Assembly: GCA_945932615.1 (NCBI GenBank)
Contig: CAMEQD010000006.1
Coordinates: 5,825 to 69,824, forward strand
DNA length: 64,000 bases
Reading direction: 5' to 3'
Origin: an uncultured Prevotellaceae bacterium
Lineage (GTDB): Bacteria > Bacteroidota > Bacteroidia > Bacteroidales > Bacteroidaceae
The notes below the pieces were generated by a model. It had not been told where the DNA came from. It did not search any database and saw only the letters and a program-made list of their open reading frames with translations. The stretch's first letter is position 1. Every line of letters starts with the position of its first letter. Position numbers and translations under genes: made by a program. Shown here piece by piece: positions 17,501-26,014 of the stretch.

Positions 17501-17675
17501 TGCCGGCGAGCACTGACTTGCGGAAGGGGCTCTCTTCCCACATATCATAGACGCCCAATGACGCATATTGGCCGTCCTGCTCAAAGTCTATGTTGACGGT
17601 CTGTGCCTGCGCAGTCATGCCTAATGCCAGCGTGACTGCCGATATGAGATATAACTTTTTCATAGTGGTAATCAT
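14583..17675 (-). CDS. Secreted multidomain (lectin/CBM-like) protein with T9SS C-terminal sorting domain
   Basis: A signal peptide is present (MKKLYLISAVTLALGMTAQAQ; the probable start is 17663). Aromatic-rich modules recur. The C-terminus AKVYDLAGRKLASLPAKGVVIADGKKVIR looks like a type-A T9SS CTD. It directly abuts the fucosidase gene. Confidence 0.75.
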   Translation of the reverse strand: MITTMKKLYLISAVTLALGMTAQAQTVNIDFEQDGQYASLGVYDMWEESPFRKSVLAGNWGVCDNPDKSVDPVMQAPRNDSEKVIALQRSRFGSNAFGLRIDLNEPFRLTKDLQYIHVAAYLKDKPAASRMMVIGLGKRVEEAWNWQTQEVEQFYSLTPLPVKPEEGWQDIVVSVKGWSYAKDDAENQGKGIDIYSLVIVPDVRSAHEDAADWVAYFDNILVDRNSSPRFFTEKYALTFDKTEQNTRQDRNFNGVGLTFNGKNQTHANTGKALYKEDVTKAVFSVKAGATVTPTVSYQGSYMNAYTYVDWLNKGGFTSTINADGTPADASDVVSYTGVTIDGKWKNSKGEDRPNGNNIGGAMPNFTVPASTASGMYRMRYKVDWNDISSAGSPTIKSDGGGIIDVMLNVYNEGDKVKVGAGQLNGDIYLAATGEHLSNYMADYEEAIKIKIVPENGFVQNGFTLRYGYNVNSPVQLDENGNPNWIEVVVPATAVSGIDGTVTIPTEYIRGTEVVIEGDMQQAVTYTVRIVGAPEGEGGLSYCGVAYTDGQTFQSSQYFKADDVEVTPVSTGLAGIVSVNAETKVVTVTYMKALTQITSLDQLSNAKVYQIKSKNNEGYWAWNESITNDYVSIRGVVNAQSGWPADETVKAKYKEEVSPFDNTTVWQITKSAGSYYIYQPACKKYVTRVGRDYKLVDTKTPIDGFKVNDDGTYSIHAGGDMTDGSQNYACIVTNSSPMAVRNWTWNDHGTPVYIIENPNISLGDPVSVTYNFIFDGENKGTETVETVKNAGWPAPTTLPEYTSYTLPEGFVTEDATKDLVITATTPFEASKSFASAQKWYNLKIKGASYWSVDDDASTISLSGDKPATDANNAKWAFVGNPFDGYIIYNGIDRDKVLSTPINIADGNTGGNTFPFVQALDEKTDEQNNEWVVYKSTYQTNGFFVGQKGYTTSKLNLRDGKLAYWNGGADNGSTVNAEEVEAPVFEDDPDTGISQTEATGIGAAKVYDLAGRKLASLPAKGVVIADGKKVIR

Positions 17676-19211
17676 TTAAAACACGCTTATGTTAGACAAT
17701 AACGGACATGCGCGGCTGTCCTCGATTGTGATTCTCAGTTTTCTGGCTTGATAACCTGTTCCGTAGCTGTTGCCGGTATTGCCGTTCAGAGGCAGTATGC
17801 GCTTGTAGCCCACGGTGGTGGTCTCGATGCTGCCGCAGAGAGGCTGCCAGTTTTCATCGTCGCCGCTGGTATACTCTACCTTGAAGGACTTGATGCGCTG
17901 ACCGAGTTTGATGGGCTCCATGAGCTGCAGGTAGCGTACGGTCTGCGCTGATGGCCATGAGAGCGTAATTGTAGCCTGACGGGTGTCATCGTTGGTGCCC
18001 CAATATGTATCCTGATTGCCATCGGTCATGTTGGAGGCAGCAAACTTTGTACCTGTACGGGTCTCGCTCACCTCAATTGTGGCTGTCTTGGCCATGTCGG
18101 GGGCTGCGGTGCTCTCGTCAAGACCCTCTACGGGTACTGCCAAACGCTGATGCAGCTTCTCGCCCAGGAGGCGCAGCTGGGTCACGGTGGCGTCGGGCAG
18201 TTTGCCACGTCTGTCGGGAGGACAGTTGAGTATGAGAGTGGCATTGCGTCCTACGGTCTCAAGGTACATCTTGAAGAGGTTGTCTGCGCTCTTCATGCCC
18301 TCGCCCTCATGCCAGAACCAACCATGGGTCGTAGCCTTGGCGTCGCTCTCGCCTGGATTCCAGAACCAGCCGTTGATGTCGCCATACTCGGCACGACCAC
18401 CGCTGCCTCCGTTGTTGTAGTCGGTCATAGCCCAGCAGGTCTCGCCTGCCCAACCGGCTTCGTTGCCTATCCAGCGGGCTTCGCCTCCTACGCCCCAGAG
18501 CACACAGTTGGGAGCGATGGCATGCACACGGGCACGGAGATTGGGGGTGTCGTAGTAAATACTGTTGTCGATGTTGCGCGTGCCTCCCTCGCCGCCATAA
18601 TAGCCGTTACCTCCGTTGGCTCCGTCGAACCACATTTCGAACTGGTCTGAACCGTATGCTGCCAGTTCCTCACACTGCTTGAGGAATACCTCCGAAACGT
18701 AGGTGTCCTTGCCGTAGTGAGCCGAGTTGCGATCCCACGGAGAGATGTAGAATCCGTACTTCATGTTGTGAGCCTTGCTGGCATCGGCAAAGCCCTGGGC
18801 GATGTTGTAGTTGTGATACTCACCGCTGCCACGGGTGAGATTGTGAGTGGTGGTGGCGGTAGGCCAGAGACAGAATCCGTCGTGGTGCTTGACTACGGCT
18901 ATACCACCCTTCATGCCGGCAGCCTTGACTGCTCTCACCCACTGTTCGGGGTCTGGTTGTTCGGTAGGGGCATAGATAGACTCTGCTTCGTCGCCATTAC
19001 CCCACTCAAGACCGGTAAACGTGTTCATGCCGTAATGGAAGAAAGCGTAGAATTCCGTCTGATTCCAAAGAATCTGTCTGGCATGAGGCACGGGATGACA
19101 AGGCGCAGGAATATTGTCCGGATTGGACGGCTCCTGAGTCTGCATCTCAAAAGTCTGGGCCATCGCCGCAGTCGGCAGCAATATGCCCATCAATAGTGCT
19201 TTGACTTTCAT
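17676..19211 (-). CDS. Alpha-L-fucosidase (GH29) with C-terminal F5/8 type C (discoidin) domain
   Basis: WNQTEFYAFFHYGMNTFTG...VVKHHDGFCLWPT is GH29-like. The C-terminal NMTDGNQDTYWGT...VRYLQL is discoidin-like. A signal peptide is present. Confidence 0.9.
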   Translation of the reverse strand: MKVKALLMGILLPTAAMAQTFEMQTQEPSNPDNIPAPCHPVPHARQILWNQTEFYAFFHYGMNTFTGLEWGNGDEAESIYAPTEQPDPEQWVRAVKAAGMKGGIAVVKHHDGFCLWPTATTTHNLTRGSGEYHNYNIAQGFADASKAHNMKYGFYISPWDRNSAHYGKDTYVSEVFLKQCEELAAYGSDQFEMWFDGANGGNGYYGGEGGTRNIDNSIYYDTPNLRARVHAIAPNCVLWGVGGEARWIGNEAGWAGETCWAMTDYNNGGSGGRAEYGDINGWFWNPGESDAKATTHGWFWHEGEGMKSADNLFKMYLETVGRNATLILNCPPDRRGKLPDATVTQLRLLGEKLHQRLAVPVEGLDESTAAPDMAKTATIEVSETRTGTKFAASNMTDGNQDTYWGTNDDTRQATITLSWPSAQTVRYLQLMEPIKLGQRIKSFKVEYTSGDDENWQPLCGSIETTTVGYKRILPLNGNTGNSYGTGYQARKLRITIEDSRACPLLSNISVF

Positions 19212-19275
19212 TTTAGTTTGATTGTTTAGGTTAGTTTGTTGTAGAGATTAATACGATATTAATACTTGTGCGCAG

Positions 19276-19283
19276 CAAAGATA
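19276..19283 (-). promoter_or_regulatory. -7 box (TATCTTTG on minus strand) for the fucosidase/T9SS-cargo operon
   Basis: CAAAGATA lies 65 nt upstream of the ATG at 19211. CAAG lies 20 nt further upstream. Confidence 0.55.
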
Positions 19284-19317
19284 TGAATTATTTTTTCTAC
19301 CTACAAGAGTTTAACGT

Positions 19318-19455
19318 TTTTTTGGGTGTTTTTTTGGGTGTTTGGTTGGGTGTTTGTTGGCTTATTTGTTTAATGCTAGTTTAATGGTTGTTTAATGGTT
19401 GTTTAACGAGTAGATCCAACTAAATAACTAAACAACTAAACAACAAACCTCACCC
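19318..19455. repeat. Intergenic palindromic element, GGTTGTTT/AAACAACC-type arms with GTTTAATGGTTGTTTAA core
   Basis: The left arm is G/T-rich (GGGTGTTTGGTTGGGTGTTTGTTGG). The core is TTTAATGCTAGTTTAATGGTTGTTTAATGGTTGTTTAAC. The right arm is A/C-rich (CAACTAAATAACTAAACAACTAAACAACAAACCTCACCC). Confidence 0.8.
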
Positions 19456-20114
19456 GGTGTCGCTGCAAACTGCGTTGCTCCAGCTGCGACAAGCGTCTCG
19501 CGCGAACGGAAGCCCCACAATGCCGAGATACAGGGCAGAGAAGCGTTGCGTGCCGTCTGCACGTCTACCTCCGAATCGCCGACGTACCATACACGCTCAA
19601 AGTCCTGCCCCGCCAATCGGGTAAGTTCATCGAGGGCCAGGTCTACCATGTCACGCGCTGGTTTGCGTGCCACGCCTTGGCGTTCGCCTATGGCTACATC
19701 TACGACGTCAGCAAACCACTTGTCGTAGATCTCTGTGACTCCTGCCTGAAGCTTGTTGCTCACGATGGCCATGCTTACCCCCTTTTCGTGAAGGGAATGC
19801 AGACACTCCATCACTCCTGCGTAGGGACGGGTATTGTCCTGACAATGCGCCACGTACCAACGTCTGAATTCGGCGAAGACCTGTTCGAAGCGTGCGTCGC
19901 TCACATCTGCATTGGTCTCGCCCGAAGCGTAGGGACGGAACAGAGCTCTTTCTACCAGTTTGCGCACGCCGTTGCCAACGAATGCTCTCACCTCGTCTAT
20001 AGTACGGGGCTGGTAGCCATATTCCGTCAAAGCGTGATTGACTGCATCGTGCAGGTCTTGCAACGAGTCTATGAGTGTGCCGTCCAAATCCCAAATTACT
20101 GCTATTTTCTTCAT
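19428..20114 (-). CDS. HAD-family hydrolase (phosphoglycolate phosphatase-like)
   Basis: MKKIAVIWDLDGTLIDS (DxDxT motif I) and YVGDSEVD (motif IV). The start at 20114 fits better than 20156. Confidence 0.8.
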   Translation of the reverse strand: MKKIAVIWDLDGTLIDSLQDLHDAVNHALTEYGYQPRTIDEVRAFVGNGVRKLVERALFRPYASGETNADVSDARFEQVFAEFRRWYVAHCQDNTRPYAGVMECLHSLHEKGVSMAIVSNKLQAGVTEIYDKWFADVVDVAIGERQGVARKPARDMVDLALDELTRLAGQDFERVWYVGDSEVDVQTARNASLPCISALWGFRSRETLVAAGATQFAATPGEVCCLVV

Positions 20115-20137
20115 GATGTCCAAATGTATTTTGTGCG

Positions 20138-20145
20138 CAAATTTA
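20138..20145 (-). promoter_or_regulatory. -7 box (TAAATTTG on minus strand) for the HAD hydrolase gene
   Basis: CAAATTTA is on the plus strand, 24 nt upstream of the ATG at 20114. Confidence 0.45.
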
Positions 20146-20207
20146 TCAAAAAACAAGCGAAAAACTGCTACTTTCCTGAGATAAGAAATGTTTAAATGCT
20201 GCTTTTA

Positions 20208-20239
20208 TTTGGTATTGTCCTGTTTTATTTGTACTTTTG
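20208..20239 (+). promoter_or_regulatory. Full Bacteroidota promoter TTTG-N20-TACTTTTG for the esterase/Aas-like operon
   Basis: The spacing is exactly 20 nt. It is divergent from the HAD promoter. Confidence 0.6.
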
Positions 20240-20248
20240 TACGTGTCG

Positions 20249-21250
20249 ATGACTAAATTCCTGCCCATGACCAAGATTTTCTGCATTCTCGATATACTTG
20301 CTGCGATGATGCTCATCATGGCGTGCGCATCGCCTCAGGCGGCCACGGCACAAAAGCTGCAGGCGTATCACAACAAAGACAAGGGTGGCTACCACTTCTG
20401 GCTCTACTCCCCTCCCGAGAAGGCTGATACCATCGTGCTCAAACTGCAGGATAAGGGTATAGCGCGTCCGTTCAAGTCCACGCATTCACGTCATGAGCAA
20501 AAACAGGAGCAGCACCCCCTCATTCTCTTCCTGCACGGGGCGAGTCTCTGCGGACGTGACCTCGCGAAAGTACGCCGCTACGGTCCGCTCGATGCCATAG
20601 ACAGGGGGCGCAAGGTCGAGGCCTATGTGCTTGCACCACAAAATCCCGGAGGCTCTTGGAACCCACGCAAACTGATGAAGCTCGTGGAATGGGCTTCGCG
20701 CACTCACGACATCGACACCACGCGCATCTACGTCATGGGAATGAGTCTCGGTGGGTATGGTACTCTCGATTTTGCAGCTGCCTACCCCGACAGGATAGCT
20801 GCGGCGATGGCTATCTGCGGAGGCTCGACGACCAAGGAACACGCCAATCTGAGCAGGCTGCCCCTGTGGATACTGCACGGCACGGCAGACCGAGCCGTAC
20901 CGGTGTCGTGCTCAGACGCCGTGGTGGCAGCCATGAAGAAGGCTGGACCTACGCCACGTCTCATATACTCGCGGCTCAAAGGCTACAACCACGGACAGCC
21001 TGCTCGCATATTTTATATGTCTGAGACGTACAAATGGTTGCTTTCACACCGTCTCACCGACGTAGACCGCCCTGTGACTACGGGTATCACCATCAATACT
21101 ACGAATATCCCCAAGGCTTACTCCGACCTTCACGCCAAGCAGCCGATGAGCGTACACGGCAGACCACACGTCGAGGCTCTCAGCCATGAGGAGGTAGGGT
21201 ATCGTCCCGACTCGACAGAATCACATTTCATAAAGCATACTCCCAGATGA
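20249..21250 (+). CDS. Alpha/beta hydrolase (esterase/peptidase S9-like fold), lipoprotein
   Basis: LILFLHGASL..., the nucleophile elbow GMSLGGYG, and LWILHGTADRAVP. The lipobox is LIMAC. The start lies at 20249 or 20267, because a TACTTTTG -7 box sits at 20232-20239. Confidence 0.8.
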   Translation: MTKFLPMTKIFCILDILAAMMLIMACASPQAATAQKLQAYHNKDKGGYHFWLYSPPEKADTIVLKLQDKGIARPFKSTHSRHEQKQEQHPLILFLHGASLCGRDLAKVRRYGPLDAIDRGRKVEAYVLAPQNPGGSWNPRKLMKLVEWASRTHDIDTTRIYVMGMSLGGYGTLDFAAAYPDRIAAAMAICGGSTTKEHANLSRLPLWILHGTADRAVPVSCSDAVVAAMKKAGPTPRLIYSRLKGYNHGQPARIFYMSETYKWLLSHRLTDVDRPVTTGITINTTNIPKAYSDLHAKQPMSVHGRPHVEALSHEEVGYRPDSTESHFIKHTPR

Positions 21251-23793
21251 TCAAGGATTTCGGCAAAACAGCGATTGTCACCTCACACGGCGACATATCA
21301 TACAAGGAACTGCTCTGGCACATCGATCAGTTCGCACAGTATTCACCCAAGGCTAATTCTGGCTCATACTCTCCCAAAGATGCAAAAAAGACCATCATCT
21401 TCGCCGAAAACCGCGAGGGCTGGATATACGCATTCTTCTCGGTCTGGCGCAACAACGGCATAGCTATCACCGTAGATGCATCGTCGGGGGCTCACGACCT
21501 TGCGTATATGCTCAACGATTCGGGTGCGGAATGTATCTGGACTTCGCTGCAGAACGAAGCCGTCGTACGCGAGGCTCTCTCTGAGGTCAGCCACCACGTA
21601 GACGTGCTCATCATCGACCAGCACGAGCAGCAGGCGCCACCTGCCGAAATCCCCACGTCTGCCCCCTGGGATCGCGACGACAAGGAGATAGCCGTCATTA
21701 TCTACACGAGCGGCACGACGGGAGCCCCCAAGGGAGTTATGCTGACCTTTGCCAACCTCAGGGCCAATATCAATGGAGTACACAAGGAGGTCGAAATCTT
21801 CAACTCCGAACGCCGCGTGCTCATACTCCTGCCCCTGCACCACGTATTGCCCCTACAGGGCTCGATGATAGCCCCCATCACCATCGGTGGCGGTGTGGCC
21901 ATAGCACCGAGCATGTCTGGACCTGACATCATGGAGACCTTGTGTCGGGGTCGCGTAGCCATTTTCATCGGTGTGCCACGCCTCTGGCAAACGCTCTACA
22001 GCGGCATCATGAAGCAAATCAACTCATCGGCTCTGACCCGCGCCCTCTTTGCTCTCTGTGCCAAGGTGCAGAGCAAAACTCTCTCGCGCATCATCTTTGC
22101 CAAGGTACACAAAAAGATGGGAGGCAACATACGCTTCTGCGTCAGTGGTGGAGCGGCTCTCGATGCCGAGATAGGATATGGACTCAAGACTCTCGGACTC
22201 GAACTGCTCGAAGGCTACGGCATGACAGAGACTGCGCCAATCATCACCTTCACGCGCCCTGGCGACTATATCCCTGGCTGCGTAGGCTTCCCCCTGCCTT
22301 CGGTGGAGTGCAAGCTCATCAACACACACAAGGAGACTCTCAAAGATGGCAGCACCACCGATGTGGGCGAACTTTGCGCTAAGGGACCGAACGTCATGCT
22401 TGGCTACTATAACCGCCCTGAAGCGACGGCGGAGACCATCGATGCCGACGGCTTTATCCACACGGGCGACCTCGCTCGCTTTGACGATGCAGGGCGCGTC
22501 ATCATCACAGGACGTTGCAAGGAGATAATCGTCTTGTCGAACGGAAAGAACGTGCAGCCTGCCGAGATTGAGTTCAAGCTCGAAAAGTTTGAGCATCGCG
22601 TCAAGGAGGCAGCTGTCACTCAAGACGGAGATATGCTTCGCGCCATCATCGTCCCCGAACCGGTTTGGGCTCGTGACAAGAGCGATGAAGAACTGGAGCA
22701 GCTACTCAAGCGTGAGGTGCTCGAGCCCTACAACCAGCAGGCTCAGGGCTATAAGAAGCTCATGTCGCTCACAGTATACCGTGGAGATTTGCCACGCACT
22801 AAGCTCGACAAACTGCAACGCTTCAAGTTGAAAGCCATCGTCGATGCCGCCAAACAAGGTCATAGCGGTACGACGCAGACAAAGGTCGAAGAGCCTCAGA
22901 GTGAGGAATACCGAATACTCCGCGACTATATACATGGAGAAAAGAACATCATGCCACGCCCCGACGACCATATAGAGACGGATTTGGCAATGGACTCGCT
23001 CGACAAGGTAGGCTTGCAGGGATTTATCGAAAACTCCTTCGGCGTCAGCATCAACGCTGACGAGATGGCATCGTACGCCAGCGTAGCTGAAATGGCTGAC
23101 TACATAGCGCAGCACAAGACGCGTATGGAGGTAGAAAACATCGATTGGCATCGTCTCCTGACCGATGCCCGCATGAGTGGCTCAGGCTCTGCCCTACCCC
23201 AGACCTCGTGGACCCTGACGGCCATAGCATCGGTACTGACGGGATTCATACGCCGGCACAACAATCTGAAGACCATAGGCTCTGGCAACATACCTCAGTC
23301 AGGCCCCTACATACTCGCGGCCAATCATCAAAGCTTCATGGACGCACCAATCGTAATCTCTGGTCTGAGCAAGGAGCAGCAACGTCGCAACTATTTCTAC
23401 GCCACCGAAGAGCACATCCGCGGCAAGGTGCGCCGCGCTATGGCCGGCCGCAACAATATCATCATAATGGAGAGGACTGACCTCAAGAACTCCATTCTCA
23501 AGATGGCTCGCGTACTGCAAGACGGCAAGTCTCTCACCATCTTCCCCGAGGGCACACGTACTCGCACTGGCTATATGTCGGAGTTCAAGAAGACCTTTGC
23601 CATACTGTCGAAGGAACTCAACGTGCCCATCGTCCCCGTACGCATCACCGGTGCTTATCAGGCATGGCCACGCACGCGCAAGTTCCCTGACACCACCCCC
23701 GTGCAAGTGGAATATCTCCCACCCATATATCCCACAGAGGACGACACCTACGACACTCTGAGCAAGCGGGTGAGACAGAGTATTGCATTGTGA
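21247..23793 (+). CDS. Acyl-AMP ligase / carrier protein / PlsC-type acyltransferase fusion (Aas-like)
   Basis: It has an AMP-binding motif (YTSGTTGAPKGV), a phosphopantetheine-site-like motif (LAMDSLDKVGL), and acyltransferase motifs (NHQSFMD and FPEGTRTR). Its start overlaps the upstream stop (ATGA). Confidence 0.85.
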   Translation: MIKDFGKTAIVTSHGDISYKELLWHIDQFAQYSPKANSGSYSPKDAKKTIIFAENREGWIYAFFSVWRNNGIAITVDASSGAHDLAYMLNDSGAECIWTSLQNEAVVREALSEVSHHVDVLIIDQHEQQAPPAEIPTSAPWDRDDKEIAVIIYTSGTTGAPKGVMLTFANLRANINGVHKEVEIFNSERRVLILLPLHHVLPLQGSMIAPITIGGGVAIAPSMSGPDIMETLCRGRVAIFIGVPRLWQTLYSGIMKQINSSALTRALFALCAKVQSKTLSRIIFAKVHKKMGGNIRFCVSGGAALDAEIGYGLKTLGLELLEGYGMTETAPIITFTRPGDYIPGCVGFPLPSVECKLINTHKETLKDGSTTDVGELCAKGPNVMLGYYNRPEATAETIDADGFIHTGDLARFDDAGRVIITGRCKEIIVLSNGKNVQPAEIEFKLEKFEHRVKEAAVTQDGDMLRAIIVPEPVWARDKSDEELEQLLKREVLEPYNQQAQGYKKLMSLTVYRGDLPRTKLDKLQRFKLKAIVDAAKQGHSGTTQTKVEEPQSEEYRILRDYIHGEKNIMPRPDDHIETDLAMDSLDKVGLQGFIENSFGVSINADEMASYASVAEMADYIAQHKTRMEVENIDWHRLLTDARMSGSGSALPQTSWTLTAIASVLTGFIRRHNNLKTIGSGNIPQSGPYILAANHQSFMDAPIVISGLSKEQQRRNYFYATEEHIRGKVRRAMAGRNNIIIMERTDLKNSILKMARVLQDGKSLTIFPEGTRTRTGYMSEFKKTFAILSKELNVPIVPVRITGAYQAWPRTRKFPDTTPVQVEYLPPIYPTEDDTYDTLSKRVRQSIAL

Positions 23794-23830
23794 GGTAATT
23801 GTTATTTGGTTGTTTGGTTATTTAGGTCTA
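23791..23830. repeat. Half element (G/T-rich arm only) starting at the stop codon
   Basis: The sequence is TGAGGTAATTGTTATTTGGTTGTTTGGTTATTTAGG. Confidence 0.6.
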
Positions 23831-23891
23831 CGTTGTATATCGCGGGGTGGAGATGGTGGCGTGTGAAGAGGAAAACGACTAAATAGCACAA

Positions 23892-23931
23892 ATAAAGAAA
23901 GAGAGTTGAACAATCAACTCTCTTTCTTTAT
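23892..23931. terminator. Bidirectional terminator between the Aas-like gene and the lipoprotein gene
   Basis: ATAAAGAAAGAGAGTTGA-ACAA-TCAACTCTCTTTCTTTAT form a perfect 18-bp stem with A/T-rich ends. Confidence 0.7.
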
Positions 23932-23947
23932 TTGTTTCTGTGGAATA

Positions 23948-24313
23948 TTATTTCCAAGTCTTTTTTGCTACTTCGCCAAGCTCACTACCTACGAGTCTGA
24001 ATGTGATAGAGAAATCCTTGACACCAGCTTCCTTGAAACCTGCAATAGCGTCCTTCATTGCTTCATCATTAGATTCGATTGCCTTGTCAAATGCTTCAAT
24101 TGCTTTATCCTTTGTCATTGTGCCAACGTTCTGAACAGCAGGAATAGATGATACCAGTATATTGTAAGCATCTGCTGGCATTGTTCCCTGAACGATTTCA
24201 GATTTGAGCACAAATGTGTCAACTGTATCACCATCATTGCTACATGAAGACGTAGACATTGACACTGCTACCATTGCAACGGCAGCTACCATCATCATCA
24301 AAAACTTTTTCAT
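23948..24313 (-). CDS. Small lipoprotein, unknown function
   Basis: MKKFLMMMVAAVAMVAVSMSTSSC is a lipoprotein signal. The protein is 121 aa and has its own CAAATATA -7 box. Confidence 0.6.
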   Translation of the reverse strand: MKKFLMMMVAAVAMVAVSMSTSSCSNDGDTVDTFVLKSEIVQGTMPADAYNILVSSIPAVQNVGTMTKDKAIEAFDKAIESNDEAMKDAIAGFKEAGVKDFSITFRLVGSELGEVAKKTWK

Positions 24314-24374
24314 TTTTAAATTAATTTTATGTAACTACCCTGCGGATAGCTACGGTTAAACATAAATAACGGTG

Positions 24375-24382
24375 CAAATATA
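24375..24382 (-). promoter_or_regulatory. -7 box (TATATTTG on minus strand) for the small lipoprotein gene
   Basis: CAAATATA is on the plus strand. CAAG lies 20 nt upstream. Confidence 0.45.
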
Positions 24383-24438
24383 TAACATTTTTTTAATCTG
24401 CACAAGTTTTTTTTTACTTTTTTGGTCGTATACAAGCA

Positions 24439-24474
24439 AATGCCCTACATCTGCCAGAACAGACATAGGGCATT
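24439..24474 (-). terminator. Hairpin downstream of the FadL-family gene
   Basis: AATGCCCTA ... TAGGGCATT form a 9-bp stem. The U-tract is weak. Confidence 0.4.
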
Positions 24475-24511
24475 GCCATTATTATATATCAAACTATATG
24501 AGAAAATCCTA

Positions 24512-25975
24512 TTACCAAGCGAAGTTCAGACCGATGCCGACTACGTCGTTCTTACGGCTGTATGTGTCAATCTTGTTACCTGCTGCTGTAGGAGTCGTTA
24601 CGGTGCGATCCTGATAGAAGGTGTGCATGTAGCCGAGGTCGATGTTGAAGAGCTTGCTGGGGTGGATACGTACACCAAGACCCATAGAGTTGTTTGAGCA
24701 GTTGAAGCTGACGTCGTTCATGCCTGCGTCGCTCACGCCGTACATGGTCTTCTGCCAACCTCCTGATACTGTGATGTACTTGTGGCAGCGCCATTCTACT
24801 GAAGCCAAAACTTCGTGGGTATCATTGTCAATCAGGTTCTGCTTATCACCATACTTGGTAGCCTTAGTCTCCTGAATCCAGTGGTAACCCAGACCGATGC
24901 GCACATTCTCGATAGGGCTGTACTGAGTACCTACTGCCAGGTAGCCAGGCATATCGTCAGCCACACTTGCACCATCAGCAAACTGACCCAATACTGAGTT
25001 TTTCTTAGCAAGTTCGGTGGTGTAGTTGTTCATGCGAGTAGTGTTCTTCATGCGAATCTTTGTCTTGAACTCGTACTTAGCAGCCAGATTCCAGTGCTTG
25101 TTGATAGTCCAGTGTACACCGAGGATAGGAGTTACGCCATAACCGGTCTGGTCGCAGTTCATAGAAAGAGTCTTATCAGCCATAGATACACCATTCACGG
25201 TGAAGTCCTGAACATATCCATTGTAGTTAGCTGTTGCATAGATAGCACGTACACCACCGAACACAGCCAAATTGTCCAAAACCTTATAAGTAGCACCCAC
25301 CTGCAAACCAAACATATAGTTACTACCCTTCATGTAAGCATTAAGACCATAGTTATAATTATTATTAAACTCTGATGTTGCAGCACCAGCCACTGCTGTT
25401 TTCAGCGCATCCTCCATTTGGTCTGCAGGCACACCTTGACTGAGCAATTTCTGCTGGAGCGCACCCATAATCGTAGGATTCTGCTGAATACCCTCTGCAA
25501 TTTGCGATACTATACCTCCAGCATACATAGCCTCAAAAGAACCTATACCGTCGAGATACTCACAAGCACCACCGCCACCTACAACACCGAGGTGAGCGTT
25601 GATACTCCACTTCTTGCCGCTATTGTAGCTGAAGTCTATGCTTGGGATAAGTGGGGCAAAAGCCTTACCCTCATAGCGATGTGCACCATTTTTGTCAAGC
25701 CATCCTTCCTTCTGATTCTTTGCAAAAAGACCATACTGAGTGTCGATGTTACGACGCTGAGTAGCAATCTGATCATGAATACCAAAGTGCCAGCCCTTGG
25801 AGAGGAATGCTGAACCTGCGGGGTTTGCATAGAGTGAGGTCAAGGTGATGTTGGCATCCTGAGCAAAGAAGCGCAGGTATGCTGCATTTGCATTGGTGTT
25901 TGTGTTCAAACCGCCAGCCAAAGCTGAACCTGTTGTGGCCAGAGCTGCGGCCAGGGAAATTACAATCTTTTTCAT
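24512..25975 (-). CDS. Outer-membrane transport protein, FadL/OMPP1/TodX family
   Basis: It has a signal peptide, the YANPAGSAFL (NPA) hatch motif, alternating beta-strand pattern and a terminal GIGLNFAW. Confidence 0.75.
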   Translation of the reverse strand: MKKIVISLAAALATTGSALAGGLNTNTNANAAYLRFFAQDANITLTSLYANPAGSAFLSKGWHFGIHDQIATQRRNIDTQYGLFAKNQKEGWLDKNGAHRYEGKAFAPLIPSIDFSYNSGKKWSINAHLGVVGGGGACEYLDGIGSFEAMYAGGIVSQIAEGIQQNPTIMGALQQKLLSQGVPADQMEDALKTAVAGAATSEFNNNYNYGLNAYMKGSNYMFGLQVGATYKVLDNLAVFGGVRAIYATANYNGYVQDFTVNGVSMADKTLSMNCDQTGYGVTPILGVHWTINKHWNLAAKYEFKTKIRMKNTTRMNNYTTELAKKNSVLGQFADGASVADDMPGYLAVGTQYSPIENVRIGLGYHWIQETKATKYGDKQNLIDNDTHEVLASVEWRCHKYITVSGGWQKTMYGVSDAGMNDVSFNCSNNSMGLGVRIHPSKLFNIDLGYMHTFYQDRTVTTPTAAGNKIDTYSRKNDVVGIGLNFAW

Positions 25976-26006
25976 TCTTTTCTAACTATTGTGTTAAAAA
26001 CCGTTG

Positions 26007-26014
26007 CAAAGGTA
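26007..26014 (-). promoter_or_regulatory. -7 box (TACCTTTG on minus strand) for the FadL-family gene
   Basis: CAAAGGTA lies 32 nt upstream of the ATG at 25975. CAAG lies 20 nt upstream. Confidence 0.55.
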
